Shown piece after piece: positions 31,411-42,257 of a stretch of 64,000 nucleotides of DNA. Positions within the stretch are counted from its first letter, which is position 1. The number at the start of each line of letters is the position of its first letter. The DNA is from Candidatus Marinacidobacterales bacterium (GTDB taxonomy: Bacteria > Acidobacteriota > Vicinamibacteria > Marinacidobacterales > SMYC01): assembly GCA_965237955.1 (NCBI GenBank), contig OZ250169.1, positions 7,712,001 to 7,776,000 on the forward strand, given 5' to 3'. Below the pieces are notes generated by a model, which saw only the letters and a list, made by a program, of their open reading frames with translations, was not told the DNA's origin and made no database searches. A program made the translations under genes and the position numbers.

Positions 31411-33897
31411 ATGGATCTGCGAAGCTTCTTGGGTGGTAGCAAGCCGCGGAGTCTCCGGTTTACCGAGTTCGTCGATGCCTTTACCGAAGACCCCCTGGGG
31501 TGCCTCAGAACCAGTTCGACGCTGATCTCCGAAGCCATCCAGCATTTCGGTTTCGAGATCGTCGTCCGTAGCGGCGAGCCCGCCGTGAGCTATAACGTTT
31601 TCAAAGACCCGTTCTCCGCCGGCACGAACGCCGTGTTCGGCCAGGAGTACTGCATCAAGCAGATCGTCGACGTGATCGAGTCGGTGGGGAAGGAATCTAG
31701 CCCGCAGCGCGGCATCGTGCTCGTTGGACCTCCGGCATCCGGCAAAACCAACATCGTCGACCTGATGAGCCTCGCCCTCGAGGAGTACTCGAAGTACGAA
31801 AAGGTGAAGCTCTATTCGTTCTACTTCCGCTTCGAGAACAACGGTCGCGTCGTCGAGTTCCGCCCCAGGTTTCGCCACAACCCGATTCTCCTGTTCCCGA
31901 CGAGCTCGCAACACGATGGCAAGACGACGCACCCCCGCCAGGAGTTTTTCGAGCACGTCAATCGGGACCGGCCCGCCAACGATCGTGTCGTGTTCCCGAC
32001 GTTCTATCAGAACGCGACCGTAGACAAGAGGACGCTCGACATCATCGAAAAGGTGATGCACAACCCGAGAAACGCGGGGAAGACGCTCTTCGACGTGCTC
32101 GAGGAGTACGTCCGCGTCGAAGAGATCGATTTTTCGAATGCCCAGGCGAAAGGCGTCGCGAACATCGACGATATGCGCCAACTTCGCGTGGGCGTCGACC
32201 CGGTGAGTCTGGGCGAGGACCATCACGCGGTCGTGAACGAGCATCTTCCCGGCGCCTATCTCTACCAGTACGAAGGCGCCATGGTGGCGGCGAATCGCGG
32301 TCTCCTTCACATCCATGATGCTTTCGGAGGCGAGGACGACCGGGGGCCGAGTGAGGAGGCATATAAGCCTTTATTAATGTTGCTCGGGAGCGGCAAAGCG
32401 TCGATCGAATCGACCCAGACGCCGATCGACACGACGGTGGTGGCGACGACGAACCTCGAGGAGATGACTCGCCTCGAGCATCAGCTCACGTCGTCGAAGC
32501 TTCTCGACCGTATCGAGGAGATTCCAGTGAACTACCTCCTCGACGCGTACTCGGAAATGGATATCCTCAAACGGGACATGTCCAATATCCGCGAGAAGTA
32601 CGCTGTCGACCCCAACCTGTTGCGGATCGCGACCTATTTTTCGGTGTTGACGAGGCTGTTGCCTCCGAGGAAAGTGCCTCCTCTCGCGAGCTGGAGCGAG
32701 CAGAAAAAGAGCCTCTACTACTCCATCACGCCCGAGCAGAAGCTCTTCATCTACACGGCGCAGCCCGGGGATCCGATGGCGACGATCCAAAAGCTCCCCG
32801 AATGGCATCCGTTCCGGAGCGAGCTCATCCGTCTCGACGTGGACATCAACCACCTCGACCGCCACGAGTCGCTGATCGCGCGCCAGCCCGATCGGATCAC
32901 CTTGGAGCAGTCCGGAGTTTTCTCTGGCGACGAGCTCAAGCTCATCGACGACGAGTTCATGCGGGCGCTTTGGAGCGAGCACTACCCCTACGAGGGCAAG
33001 AACGGCACCTCGGTGCGTCAGCTGCAGAATTTGATGCGCGACACGATTTCGAACTCGAACGGATTTCGGGTACACGTGGGAACGTTTTTCAGCCGGCTGC
33101 GAAAAGCGTTGGCCGAGGGACCGGCACTCCATCGCTGGCTCCCGATGGAAGAGAAGTACAAGAAAGACCGAAAGCCAGGGATGAAGCGGGCTGTTGGCGA
33201 CACCCTGTTCGAAGATGGTGAAGGGGATTACGGCGACTTTCAGGGCCTCATGAAAGTGGCCCAAGCCATCTACAACGACATCGTCCGGCGCGAGATCACG
33301 GTCGCCACGGTGAACCGCGATCCCCAGGAAATCGCTCTCGATCTCAGGAAGTACATCCAGCATGTGCTGCTGCAACGAGCCCAGGAAAACCGCGCCTTCT
33401 CGCACATCATGATCAAGCGCTTCACGTATTTCGATCCAGTGACGGGCGAGAAGATCGATCACGCCGACACCGGGTACATGACCTCCATTGAGCGGATCGT
33501 CGCGCCGGGCATTCTACCCGAGGTCTATCGTCGCGATATGGCCGAAAGGTTTCTCGGCATGAACGACAGCGATGAGTTATCGCTCGAGGAAGGCAAGAGT
33601 GTCGTGAGCTCGCGGAGCGACAATTTCCTCACCTGCTTCGGCCAGGAGTACGAGAAGCTCCTGTCTCACCGGCGCACGATTGGCGACATCAACCCCGAGG
33701 AGCTGCGCGATGCGCTGTTCCAAAAGCGCATCAAACCCGAGAAATACGACTCCTACGACGACCGCGTGCGCGGCTTCGCCGAGGAGATTCTCCAAAACAT
33801 GGCCCGCCGCTTCGGCTACTCCAGCGAAAGCGCCCTAGATACCGTGCTCTTCGGGCTGAGGAAGAAGATTATCGACTTCAGCGAAATCATTAGTTAA
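31411..33897 (+). CDS. PrkA-like AAA+ ATPase, paralog 2 (828 aa)
   Basis: VLVGPPASGKT, GAMVAANRGLL, VATTN, LLDRIEEI, EGKNGTSVR, RFGYSSESA. Confidence 0.82.
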   Translation: MDLRSFLGGSKPRSLRFTEFVDAFTEDPLGCLRTSSTLISEAIQHFGFEIVVRSGEPAVSYNVFKDPFSAGTNAVFGQEYCIKQIVDVIESVGKESSPQRGIVLVGPPASGKTNIVDLMSLALEEYSKYEKVKLYSFYFRFENNGRVVEFRPRFRHNPILLFPTSSQHDGKTTHPRQEFFEHVNRDRPANDRVVFPTFYQNATVDKRTLDIIEKVMHNPRNAGKTLFDVLEEYVRVEEIDFSNAQAKGVANIDDMRQLRVGVDPVSLGEDHHAVVNEHLPGAYLYQYEGAMVAANRGLLHIHDAFGGEDDRGPSEEAYKPLLMLLGSGKASIESTQTPIDTTVVATTNLEEMTRLEHQLTSSKLLDRIEEIPVNYLLDAYSEMDILKRDMSNIREKYAVDPNLLRIATYFSVLTRLLPPRKVPPLASWSEQKKSLYYSITPEQKLFIYTAQPGDPMATIQKLPEWHPFRSELIRLDVDINHLDRHESLIARQPDRITLEQSGVFSGDELKLIDDEFMRALWSEHYPYEGKNGTSVRQLQNLMRDTISNSNGFRVHVGTFFSRLRKALAEGPALHRWLPMEEKYKKDRKPGMKRAVGDTLFEDGEGDYGDFQGLMKVAQAIYNDIVRREITVATVNRDPQEIALDLRKYIQHVLLQRAQENRAFSHIMIKRFTYFDPVTGEKIDHADTGYMTSIERIVAPGILPEVYRRDMAERFLGMNDSDELSLEEGKSVVSSRSDNFLTCFGQEYEKLLSHRRTIGDINPEELRDALFQKRIKPEKYDSYDDRVRGFAEEILQNMARRFGYSSESALDTVLFGLRKKIIDFSEIIS

Positions 33898-33949
33898 CGC
33901 GGCAATGCCGCTTCGATGTGCCGCGGGATCCGGCCATCAGCCGTCGGAC

Positions 33950-34300
33950 CGTGGTTGCGAAGACCAGATTGGATCCTCAGCAGACCGCGTTGGATTTGAT
34001 GTCGGAAGCGAGAGAGCTCGACCCCGAGCTCATGGTCTGGGAGGCGAAAACGATGAACCGCCATCTAGGCATCGTGCTCTTGCCTGCCCGCCTGTGGGCG
34101 GTGTTGTTCTCCGCGTTTGCTGCAGTCGCTCTCGCGCTCGCGAGTAGTTGAGTGGCGTCCTCTTCGGCGTCGAAGCGACAGACATCGTCGCCTTCACCGC
34201 CATGCCTTTTTTGCTGGCGGTCGTCGCCTGCCTCGCGGCGTTCGTGCCCGCGAGACGAGCGAGTCGCATCGATCCCGTCCACGCCCTCAGGACCGAATAG
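33950..34300 (+). pseudogene. ADOP-type ABC permease C-terminal remnant
   Basis: ELDPELMVWEAKTM..FAAVALALAS, deletion, then LFGVEATD..VPARRASRIDPVHALRTE*. Confidence 0.7.
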
Positions 34301-34325
34301 AACTAATTCCGCCTCTCCTGCCATT

Positions 34326-35546
34326 TCAGTGGATCCTCTCGAGGGTGAGACCGCCACAGTTTAGGTAGACGAGACTGATGAGAGCTTCGGCAGAGTGGAG
34401 TCCAAAGCTGCGGTGGCTCAGCAGCCTGATTTTGTTGTTCATTCCTTCGAGTCGGCCGTTGCTGAGTCTCCACGTGACCCACGCGATGACGCCATCGAAG
34501 TGGCTGCGGATCATCTTCGCCGCGCGTTTGACGGGCTCTATCCTCGAGCTCATAGCGCGCCGCAGCCATCCTCGGAGAAACTTCTTGGCCCATGTCTCGG
34601 TTTTGTAGGTGTAGAGGTCCATGAAGTCGTCGCGCAGAAGCATGGCGCGGTAGAGGCGACGATTAGCTCGCACCTGCTCGCGGAGCACCCGTTTGTCTTT
34701 CGCGCTGCGGTTGTGTTTGGCCTTGAGAAGGGGAAACTTGGTGTTCTTGAGGTTGCGCCGGGCAGTCCCTTTGAGCTCGCGCACCAGCTCGCGCCGGGTC
34801 TTATCCACGGCCTCGTTCAGATGCTTGACGATGTGGAAGCGGTCAAAGATCACCCGTGCCTGAGGAGCCTTTTTGCCGACGACAGTTATGTACGGCTCCC
34901 ACATGTCCATGCTGACCGCTTCGAGCTCCGCGGCTCTTTGTGGTCCGAGCTTGCGGAAAAACCGCAGCAGCGTCTTGGCCTTGCGCTCCTTTCCCGCCCA
35001 GACGACCCGGCCGCTGAGATGGTCTATTACCACTGTTAAGTACTTGTGGCGTTTGCGGTAGCTGATCTCGTCCATCCCAATCACCCGCAATCCATCGAGC
35101 TCGCGCCGCTCATCCCGCTGCTCGGCAACCACTCGCTGGATGATCCGTCGCACCGAACGCCACGTCACTCGGAAATAGTTCGCTACGGCGCTGACGTCCG
35201 TCCTCTGTGCCAGCCACGCTACCTCTTGTTCGAAGCTTTTGGTAAAGCGGCTTCCCTTGTCTGCCCAAGGCACCTTTTCTCTGACCACTCCACACCGCCG
35301 ACATACCACTCGTCGGATCGAGTAGCGAAGATAGGTCCGGACTCCGAACAGGTCCAAGTGCCACCAGTAGCGATTGTAGCGATCTTTGTTCTTGCGGACC
35401 TTTCGTCCGCAAATCCCGCACAGAGGCTTCCTCCTCCGTGGTACTACATCCACCACCACTCTGGCTTTGTCCGCCTGGAAGTGGAAACCTCGGACCCACA
35501 GGCCTTGCAATCCGATGAGCTTGTTGACTAACGTAGTAACGCGCAT
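34326..35546 (-). CDS. ISL3 transposase
   Basis: Same motifs as 2804-4021; differs by a few substitutions and a 3-nt indel. Confidence 0.93.
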   Translation of the reverse strand: MRVTTLVNKLIGLQGLWVRGFHFQADKARVVVDVVPRRRKPLCGICGRKVRKNKDRYNRYWWHLDLFGVRTYLRYSIRRVVCRRCGVVREKVPWADKGSRFTKSFEQEVAWLAQRTDVSAVANYFRVTWRSVRRIIQRVVAEQRDERRELDGLRVIGMDEISYRKRHKYLTVVIDHLSGRVVWAGKERKAKTLLRFFRKLGPQRAAELEAVSMDMWEPYITVVGKKAPQARVIFDRFHIVKHLNEAVDKTRRELVRELKGTARRNLKNTKFPLLKAKHNRSAKDKRVLREQVRANRRLYRAMLLRDDFMDLYTYKTETWAKKFLRGWLRRAMSSRIEPVKRAAKMIRSHFDGVIAWVTWRLSNGRLEGMNNKIRLLSHRSFGLHSAEALISLVYLNCGGLTLERIH

Positions 35547-35671
35547 CGCGGGAACGCTCTTTTCTCTTTCGGAAAAAAAGATTCTAGCGTTCTCGCCGAT
35601 GCGCATCTACACATGGCTTACCCTCTCAACCCACGGGCCTCACCAAATGCCACTGCCCCTCAGCGGGAGAC

Positions 35672-35984
35672 AAGGCTGTGGGAAACGCCCCCACGGTTCT
35701 GGTCGTTCAGGCCTTGCTCACGACTGAGTTCTCTTCGAAGCCTGGAAGGGCGTTTTCCATAGCCTCCACTAATCGAGCCCCCCCTTCCTTATTCCATATG
35801 AATTAATCTTTCTTGTATATATATCAGGAGGGGCCTGTGGGCGCTCGTGGGAAACGCGAAGCGTTTTCCAAGCGATTGTGGAAAACGCCGCTCCACGTTT
35901 GTACGTGCTCACAACCTTTCCCTAAACGCCTCTCTCGCCCGGAGTTTCCGGCGTTTTCCACAATCGCGGCAGCGTCCATAGGCC
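35672..35984 (+). other. structured leader of ISL3-B copy 2
   Basis: Same helices as 4147-4459. Confidence 0.6.
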
Positions 35985-36029
35985 ATGCCCTCCAACACAA
36001 ATCAGATCCCCCGAAACGACAGGAGAACC

Positions 36030-38466
36030 CTAATTCCTTTCGCCGACGAAGCCGGTTGGGTGGTAGTAGCGGTTGCCGACGACGCTGTCGGTCGGGTCGT
36101 AGAACGGGCCGCCGTCGTAGTCATCGATTAGGCCGGAGTAGCCGGCGCTGATATAAACGCCGTTGGCCACATCCGAGCAGCCCGAGAACGGAGCGTTCAC
36201 CAGTGCGGTCTCGTTCTTGACTTCGAAGTGCAGGTGCGGGTTGAAGTCGACGGGATCGCCGATGACGCCGATCTGTTGCCGCTGGGTGACGCGATCGCCC
36301 ACGCTCACGTAGCCGTCGGATTCGATGTGCCCGTAGAGACTGTAGACCGGCTCGTCGACCCCGTCGACGTCATGCTTGAGGATCACGACGTCGACGTAGT
36401 TGCCGCAGTTCTGGAGAACGGTGACGACGTCGCCTGCCGCTGCTGCGTAGACGGGCTCGCCCAACGTCATGCCCGACGAGCGGAACCAGTCTTCGCCGAG
36501 ATGTCCTCGAAACCAGCGGCCGAGGGAGCTGCTGTACCAGCTCTCGCCGAGGCCGAGGCTCACGAACCATCCGGATGCGTTGTCGGCGGATCCTACGGGG
36601 AACGCCCATGAGCTCCCGGTGGGAGGCAGATCGACGTCGCCGAAAGCGAACGTCGCGTCGTGGGACCACTCGCCCCACCCGAGTGAGTTCTCGGCGCGTG
36701 CGCGCCACGAATACAACGTATCGGCGTAGACCGGCCAAAACGTCTGAGCGTTCGTCGTCGGTTGGTACGTGTAGTAGTAGCGCCACTCGGCGCCGTCCCA
36801 ATAGTGGATGTCGAACGCGTAGCGCGTTGCGCCGGTGATCGCATCGACGCGCATCGTCACCGAGCTTCCGGAGACGGCCGCGCCGCCATCCGGGCTCAGC
36901 CCCGTGGGCGCCGGTGGCACCCGCGGGATGTTGCCGTAGTCGAAGTGCGACCACACCGACCACTCACCGGTACCGAAGCTGTTCTCCGCGCGCGCACGCC
37001 AGCGATACGCGATGTCGGCATAGGCTGGCCAGAACGTCTGGCTCGGCGTCGACGGCGAGTACGTGTAGTAGTACTGCCACGAAAGACCATCCCAATATCC
37101 GATCTCGAATTGGTACTGCGTCGCGCCCGCTACGGCTTCGACGACCAACGTCACGCTTGATGAGCCTGCCGCGAACACGGCGCCGTCCTGGGGGCTCGAT
37201 GGCGTCGGCGCGGGGGGCAAACGCGGCACGTTGCGAAATCGAATCCGAACCAGACAGACCACTCTCCGAAACCGTATGCGTTCTCCGCACGGGCCCGCCA
37301 TTGATAGGCGGTGTTATCGAAAGCCGGCCAGAACGTCTGCTGGCTCTCCGCGGGACGGTAGGTGTAGTAGTACTGCCACTCGGTGCCGCCCCAATACCAG
37401 ATCTCGAGCTCGTAGGTGCTCGCGCCGTCGATCGCCTCGACGCTCAACGTGACCGAGCTCGTGGTGATCACGGCGCCGTCCGCCGGGGTCAAAGGCGTCG
37501 GAGCCTCGGGGACGGTTCCGACTCGTCCGAAGTCGAAGCTCGACCAGCTCGACCACTCGCTCCAGCCGAAGGAGTTTCTCGCCCGCACTTGGAATCGGTA
37601 CCTCGTATCGATGAACGCGGGCCAGAAGGTTTGCGAGCTTGTACCGGGCTGATACGTGTAGTACTCCTGCCATGAACCACCGTCCCAGTACTGGATGTGG
37701 AACTCGTACGAGTCGGCGTTCGTCGGAGATTGAACCGAGAGCGTGACCGAGCCGGAGGAGATGACTGCGCCCGATGCAGGCGCGAGCCCAGTGGGTGTTG
37801 CCGGGGGCTCGCCTCCCGGAGCGACATCGACGAGGATGACGTTGTAATCGATGTTCACACCGCACAGATAACCGGTCGTGTACTGCTTGCCCGTGGGCTC
37901 GAACCAGCCCCCGAACGCCTGATAGGACCACGTGCTAAGACTCGCGACGCTGTCGTACCACGCGTACCACAAGGGCACGGGCGAGAACCGCGTCGAGCCC
38001 GGCATGTAAGCGTCCCACCACCACTTGGCGGTGTAAATGCCGCAAGACATCTCGCCGCAAGCATCGAGTGCTTCCTGAATCAAGTTCTCGAGCTGGGCGA
38101 CGCTTCGCCCGGCCGGATAGACTTCGACGTCGAGCCAGAGCCGGCCGATAGGGAGGCCGCTCACGGTGGATAACGCTGCTCGCACCTGGCTTTCGATGTC
38201 GCCATCCCAGTAGAGCACGACATACGCGTCGACCGAGAGGCCGCCGTCGACGGCGGTCTGCAACTGCTGCCGGGTAATGCTCTCTCGACCTGGGTGCCGG
38301 GAATGACGTGCTCGACGCCGTTCGCTCGCCAGCAGGCAACGTCGTCCGGGGTGATGTTTCCCGACCAATGCGAGACGTCCACCGCGAGCACCGGGTCATC
38401 GGCGAATGCCGGCGACCCTGCGAGTAGACAGACAAGGGAAAAGAGAGTTCGGAAGCCCAATCTCAC
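36030..38466 (-). CDS. secreted GH25 muramidase-like + 4 Fn3/Ig-like repeats + M23 peptidase (two frameshifts, ~38282 and ~37235)
   Basis: GGAGG RBS, signal peptide, VDVSHWSG/LWLDVE/IYT/LWYAWYD (GH25), HLGED and PHLHFEV (M23). Confidence 0.8.
36640..37812 (-). repeat. four tandem ~95-aa Trp/Tyr-rich Fn3-like repeats
   Basis: Unit PxAPTxxxPxxGAV..SSVTL..YWDG..WxYYYTY.P...QTFWP...Y.WRARAEN..G.GEWS.W..FDFG. Confidence 0.9.
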
Positions 38467-38904
38467 GCCACACCTCCGTGAACCGTACGCCGGAACCAAA
38501 GTTATCATCTTTTTCGTCTTCGAGATGTGATGTCGGCCGCGGGGCGAGAGCCCGTGGGGTTCGCCTCGAATCAGGTGACCGAAGCATAGGTAAGCCCGCA
38601 CGTTACGCCGGAGGCGCAGTGAAAACGTGGGGTTTTACAGACGGGGGTTATTCTGCGGGGGGACGGGCGTCGCAACAAAGATGGTTTCACGTCGACACTC
38701 TCGCGGTAGCGATTGGCTTCGTCAATCAGGTCTTGGAGCACGTCCGGACCGTACTCGTCTTGGGTGATGAAGTGGGCCTTGAACCAGCCTTTGCGGATCG
38801 CGTAAAGCTCGTTGTAGCGGTAGTAGGGCGCACGGCGCGGGTTATAGCCGGAGTCGGCTCCAGAGGCTACAATGAGCGCGGTTGCTTCAGTAAAAGAGAC
38901 GGAC

Positions 38905-39900
38905 GTGAACATTCTGGTCGTTCGAGCCGGGGCTCTCGGGGACACGTTGATGGCGACCCCTGTTGTGAGAGCTCTGGGAGAGCGCTACCCCGATGCCTCC
39001 ATCGACGTACTCTGCTCGGACGCGGCGGTAGCACTCCTCGAGCTTCACCCGCGAGTGGACCGCCTGTTTTCGTTGAAGTGGCGCAACCTGCCGTACGCGA
39101 TCTCTCCGGAAAAGCGCCGGCTCGAGAAACAGCTTCGCGCCCGTCACTACGACCTCGCGGTGTTGCTCGAGCGAGCCCCGCGATACCGGGAGCTCCTCGA
39201 CAAGGCCGACATCCGCGAGATCCGGAGTTTTCTTGAATCGCCCTTCGACCCGAAAGCGCACGCCATCGAGAACAACTTGCGCGCCGCCGGCGTCCACGGG
39301 TCGACGGATATGGAGCTCGCCGTTTCCAAGAACGACGAGCGCAAAGCCCATGAATTTCTAGACGGGCTCGGCCGTCCCCTCGTGGGACTGCACGTTGGTT
39401 ATGGCCCCCGCGGCAAGAAGCGCGATCAGAGCACGCGGCTCAAGGGGTGGGCGCTCGAGAACTTCATCGAGCTCGGAGAGAAGCTCGTCGAAGACGGCGC
39501 CAACCTTGTCCTCACGGGCTCGGCGGAAGACCGGCCGGATGTCGACAAACTTTCGGCCCGGGTGCCGGCACGCGACATCGCCGGCCGGACGTCGGTTAGA
39601 GAGCTCGCCGCGGTCATCCGAAAACTGGATCTGTTCGTGTCGGTAGATTCCGGCCCCGCCCACATGGCGGCGGCCGTGGGGACGCCGCTCGTGGTTTTGT
39701 GGGGGCCGGCCATTCTTGAGCAAGTGCGCCCGATGTCGTCGACGTCACCGGTGACGGTTGTAAGACACGCGGTTCCATGTGCTCCTTGCTACGGCACTCC
39801 GCTGATGAAAACCTGCCAGCAGAACATTTGCATGGAAGGCATCACAACCGGGAAGGTTTTCTCAGACGCGCGTGCGTTACTCGGTAGGCCTGAAGCCTAG
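38905..39900 (+). CDS. glycosyltransferase family 9 (heptosyltransferase-like)
   Basis: NILVVRAGALGDTL, DSGPAHMAAAVGTP, CAPC..C..C tail. Confidence 0.9.
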   Translation: MNILVVRAGALGDTLMATPVVRALGERYPDASIDVLCSDAAVALLELHPRVDRLFSLKWRNLPYAISPEKRRLEKQLRARHYDLAVLLERAPRYRELLDKADIREIRSFLESPFDPKAHAIENNLRAAGVHGSTDMELAVSKNDERKAHEFLDGLGRPLVGLHVGYGPRGKKRDQSTRLKGWALENFIELGEKLVEDGANLVLTGSAEDRPDVDKLSARVPARDIAGRTSVRELAAVIRKLDLFVSVDSGPAHMAAAVGTPLVVLWGPAILEQVRPMSSTSPVTVVRHAVPCAPCYGTPLMKTCQQNICMEGITTGKVFSDARALLGRPEA

Positions 39901-40670
39901 ACGCCCCCGAGCCGGTCCCACAGTGCATCTAGCGCTTCGACCGCGCCAAGCGGCAGCTGGACGTCGACTTCGCCCGAAAGCATCGTCGTGCCCGGATTGA
40001 TCTCGATCGTGGCTTTACCTTGCAGCTTCGCCTCCAACACCGGCCGCGTGATGTAGGGGAACACGCTCGTCGTCCCGATCGAGAACACGACGTCGAACCC
40101 GCGATCGAGCTCGCGTTGCATGATCTCGACTTTCTCGAACGGAAGCAGCTCTCCGAAGAGTACGACATCGGGTCGGAGGGGCTCGTCGCACTCCGGGCAG
40201 ACGGGTAGTGGCGAGAGCCCGGTGTAGTCGTCGACCGTCATCCGATAGTCACAGCTCGTGCACACGATGCGATGGATGTCGCCGTGGATGTCGATTACGT
40301 TCGTCGAGCCCGCCTTGCGATGAAACCCGTCGACGTTTTGGGTGAGGATCCATACGCGCTCGAATCGCTCCTCGAACGCGCTCAACACCTCGTGCGCCCG
40401 GTTGAAGCTCGCGCCCCGGCTCGCGGCCTCGATCTGATGAATGTACTTCCAGGTGACCGAAGGCTCGCGGCGCATCGTCTCACCGGAAAGCGCTTCCTCG
40501 ATGGGGATGCCCTCCGGAGTATCGACGTCGTTGTAGAGCCCTCCGATCCCGCGGTACGTGGGAATTCCAGACTCCGCGGAGATTCCCGCGCCGGTGACGC
40601 ACAGAATGTTCTGCGCATCGCCGAGGAGCGAGACGACGGCGTCGAGCTTGTCGTCTGCATTCGAAGGCAT
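39897..40670 (-). CDS. cobB: NAD-dependent protein deacylase (sirtuin)
   Basis: TGAGISAESGIPTYRG, TQNVDGFH, IHG, CxxC pairs, RPDVVLFGE, IGTT. Confidence 0.93.
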   Translation of the reverse strand: MPSNADDKLDAVVSLLGDAQNILCVTGAGISAESGIPTYRGIGGLYNDVDTPEGIPIEEALSGETMRREPSVTWKYIHQIEAASRGASFNRAHEVLSAFEERFERVWILTQNVDGFHRKAGSTNVIDIHGDIHRIVCTSCDYRMTVDDYTGLSPLPVCPECDEPLRPDVVLFGELLPFEKVEIMQRELDRGFDVVFSIGTTSVFPYITRPVLEAKLQGKATIEINPGTTMLSGEVDVQLPLGAVEALDALWDRLGGV

Positions 40671-40696
40671 GCGACAATTATCCTACAATCACCGAC

Positions 40697-41245
40697 ATGG
40701 ATGTCTTACGACTGAGCGACGTCGATGAGGTCCAGGCTCTGCTGGCGCGCTTCAAGCTCGGGTTGAAACGTGTTCCTGCGAGCGCAGCGATTCCCGGAAG
40801 CTACTGGGGCGACTCCGAGGCTGGGCTCATCGCTGGCGATTTATACGCGCGCCGCGATACCCCTCTGCACTCCGTCCTGCACGAAACCGCACACTTCGTC
40901 TGCATGACTCCCGAGCGACGCAAGCGACTTTTCCGAGACGCCGGCGGCGACGACGCCGAGGGAAACGCGGTCTGCTACCTACAGGTACTCTTGTCGGCCC
41001 AGCTTTCGTGCATTTCCCGGGCACGTTTGTTCCGCGATATGGATGCGTGGGGCTACAGCTTCCGACTGGGCTCGACCAAGCGCTGGTTTGACCAAGACGC
41101 CGCCGACGCAAGAAGTTGGTTGAGTCACCACGGATTGATCGACAACCAGCAAGCACCGACCTGGCGACAGAGAGCGACTTGCCAAGGAGAACGCAAGGGT
41201 GGCCAGACAGCCTACGTGGGTGATGCCACCGCCGTACTCAAATAG
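40697..41245 (+). CDS. conserved hypothetical protein with HExxH motif
   Basis: IPGSYWGDSEAGLI, LHETAH, DMDAWGYSFRLGS. Confidence 0.75.
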   Translation: MDVLRLSDVDEVQALLARFKLGLKRVPASAAIPGSYWGDSEAGLIAGDLYARRDTPLHSVLHETAHFVCMTPERRKRLFRDAGGDDAEGNAVCYLQVLLSAQLSCISRARLFRDMDAWGYSFRLGSTKRWFDQDAADARSWLSHHGLIDNQQAPTWRQRATCQGERKGGQTAYVGDATAVLK

Positions 41246-41250
41246 ACCCG

Positions 41251-42141
41251 CTAGCGAGCCAGGAGGGCAACGATCTCGTCGAAGCCTTTGAGCTTCGCCA
41301 CCTCGCGCGCAGTGCGGCCATGTTCGGACGTTCGGTCGACGTCGGCGCCCGCCTCGAGGAGAGCCGAGACCGCCTCCGCGGCTCCCGCGGACGCGGCACA
41401 GATGAGCGGCGTTTCGTTTCTGCGGCCTTTCGCGTTCACGTTGGCACCGGCTTCGAGCGCAACGCGGACGACGGCCGCGTTCGCGCACCCGAGCATGATA
41501 GCGCGATTCAAATCCTCCTGCCGCGCGCGCGCTTCGAGGAGCACGCGCAACGCCCACGGACTGCCTTGCCTTGCGGCTACGCTGATGGCATTTTCGCCGC
41601 TCGTTGCGATGCCAGTGCCTTCGCGGGTGGGATCAGCGCCTGCTTGAATGAGACGAAGGAATATCTCGAGCTCGCGCAGCTCGAGTGTCGTCATCAGCGG
41701 CGTCTGGTATGCGTCGGTATCGAGAGCGTTCACATCGACCCCTTCATCGAGAAGTCGCGCCACCGCGTCGAGATCGCCGGCGCGCACCGCCTCGTCCAAG
41801 AGCTCTTCTTGGCTCTCACGTGCACCCGCATCCCGCAAGAGAGCGACGATGTCGGGAAAGCCATCGGCCTTGGCGATGGTCAAGGCGCTGACGCCTTCGA
41901 TGTCGCGCTGCCCAGCGTCGGCCCCCGCTTCGAGCAATAACTCGACGAGCTCTTGGTCGTTGCGGCCGGCGGCCACCATCAACGCGGTACGCCCGTCGGG
42001 GTCGGTGTCGTTGACGTCGGCCCCCGCCTTCAGGAGAGCACGAACTTCGCTGATATCTCCTGCGCTCGCGGCGCTGAGGAAAAGGAGCTCTTCGGGGTCT
42101 TGGGCCGTGGTCGCCAACAGCAGTACAAGTATCGAGCCCAT
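41251..42141 (-). CDS. secreted ankyrin-repeat protein
   Basis: Repeated GRTALMVAA..LLEAGADVN units; signal peptide. Confidence 0.9.
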   Translation of the reverse strand: MGSILVLLLATTAQDPEELLFLSAASAGDISEVRALLKAGADVNDTDPDGRTALMVAAGRNDQELVELLLEAGADAGQRDIEGVSALTIAKADGFPDIVALLRDAGARESQEELLDEAVRAGDLDAVARLLDEGVDVNALDTDAYQTPLMTTLELRELEIFLRLIQAGADPTREGTGIATSGENAISVAARQGSPWALRVLLEARARQEDLNRAIMLGCANAAVVRVALEAGANVNAKGRRNETPLICAASAGAAEAVSALLEAGADVDRTSEHGRTAREVAKLKGFDEIVALLAR

Positions 42142-42257
42142 GAGGGGCAAATCCTAACACGTTGAAGAGGGTCCATCCGGGTGCTAAGCCAACACCGCAC
42201 TCGGTCGACTACGCGGCCGCCGGTAGTGTTACAATCCTCTCCGAAAGGAGAGAGTTT

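Larger units (their letters stand above)
34311..36029 (-). mobile_element. ISL3-family insertion sequence (type B, copy 2)
   Basis: Near-identical to 2789-4504; 8-bp TSD CTAATTCC (34303-34310, 36030-36037). Confidence 0.95.

Noticed and set aside
29896-32316. Long antisense ORFs (806 aa here; also 22641-24500, 26426-28027, 10927-12219)
   Set aside because: They are shadows of high-GC coding genes on the opposite strand and lack recognisable motifs.
2789-36029. Composite transposon bounded by the two direct ISL3-B copies
   Set aside because: Each copy has its own distinct TSD (GGTTATTT vs CTAATTCC), indicating independent insertions.
38571-38870. Minus-strand coding-like fragment (YNPRRAPYYRYNELYAIRKGWF)
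   Set aside because: Probably a gene remnant, but I cannot assign a family or a start.
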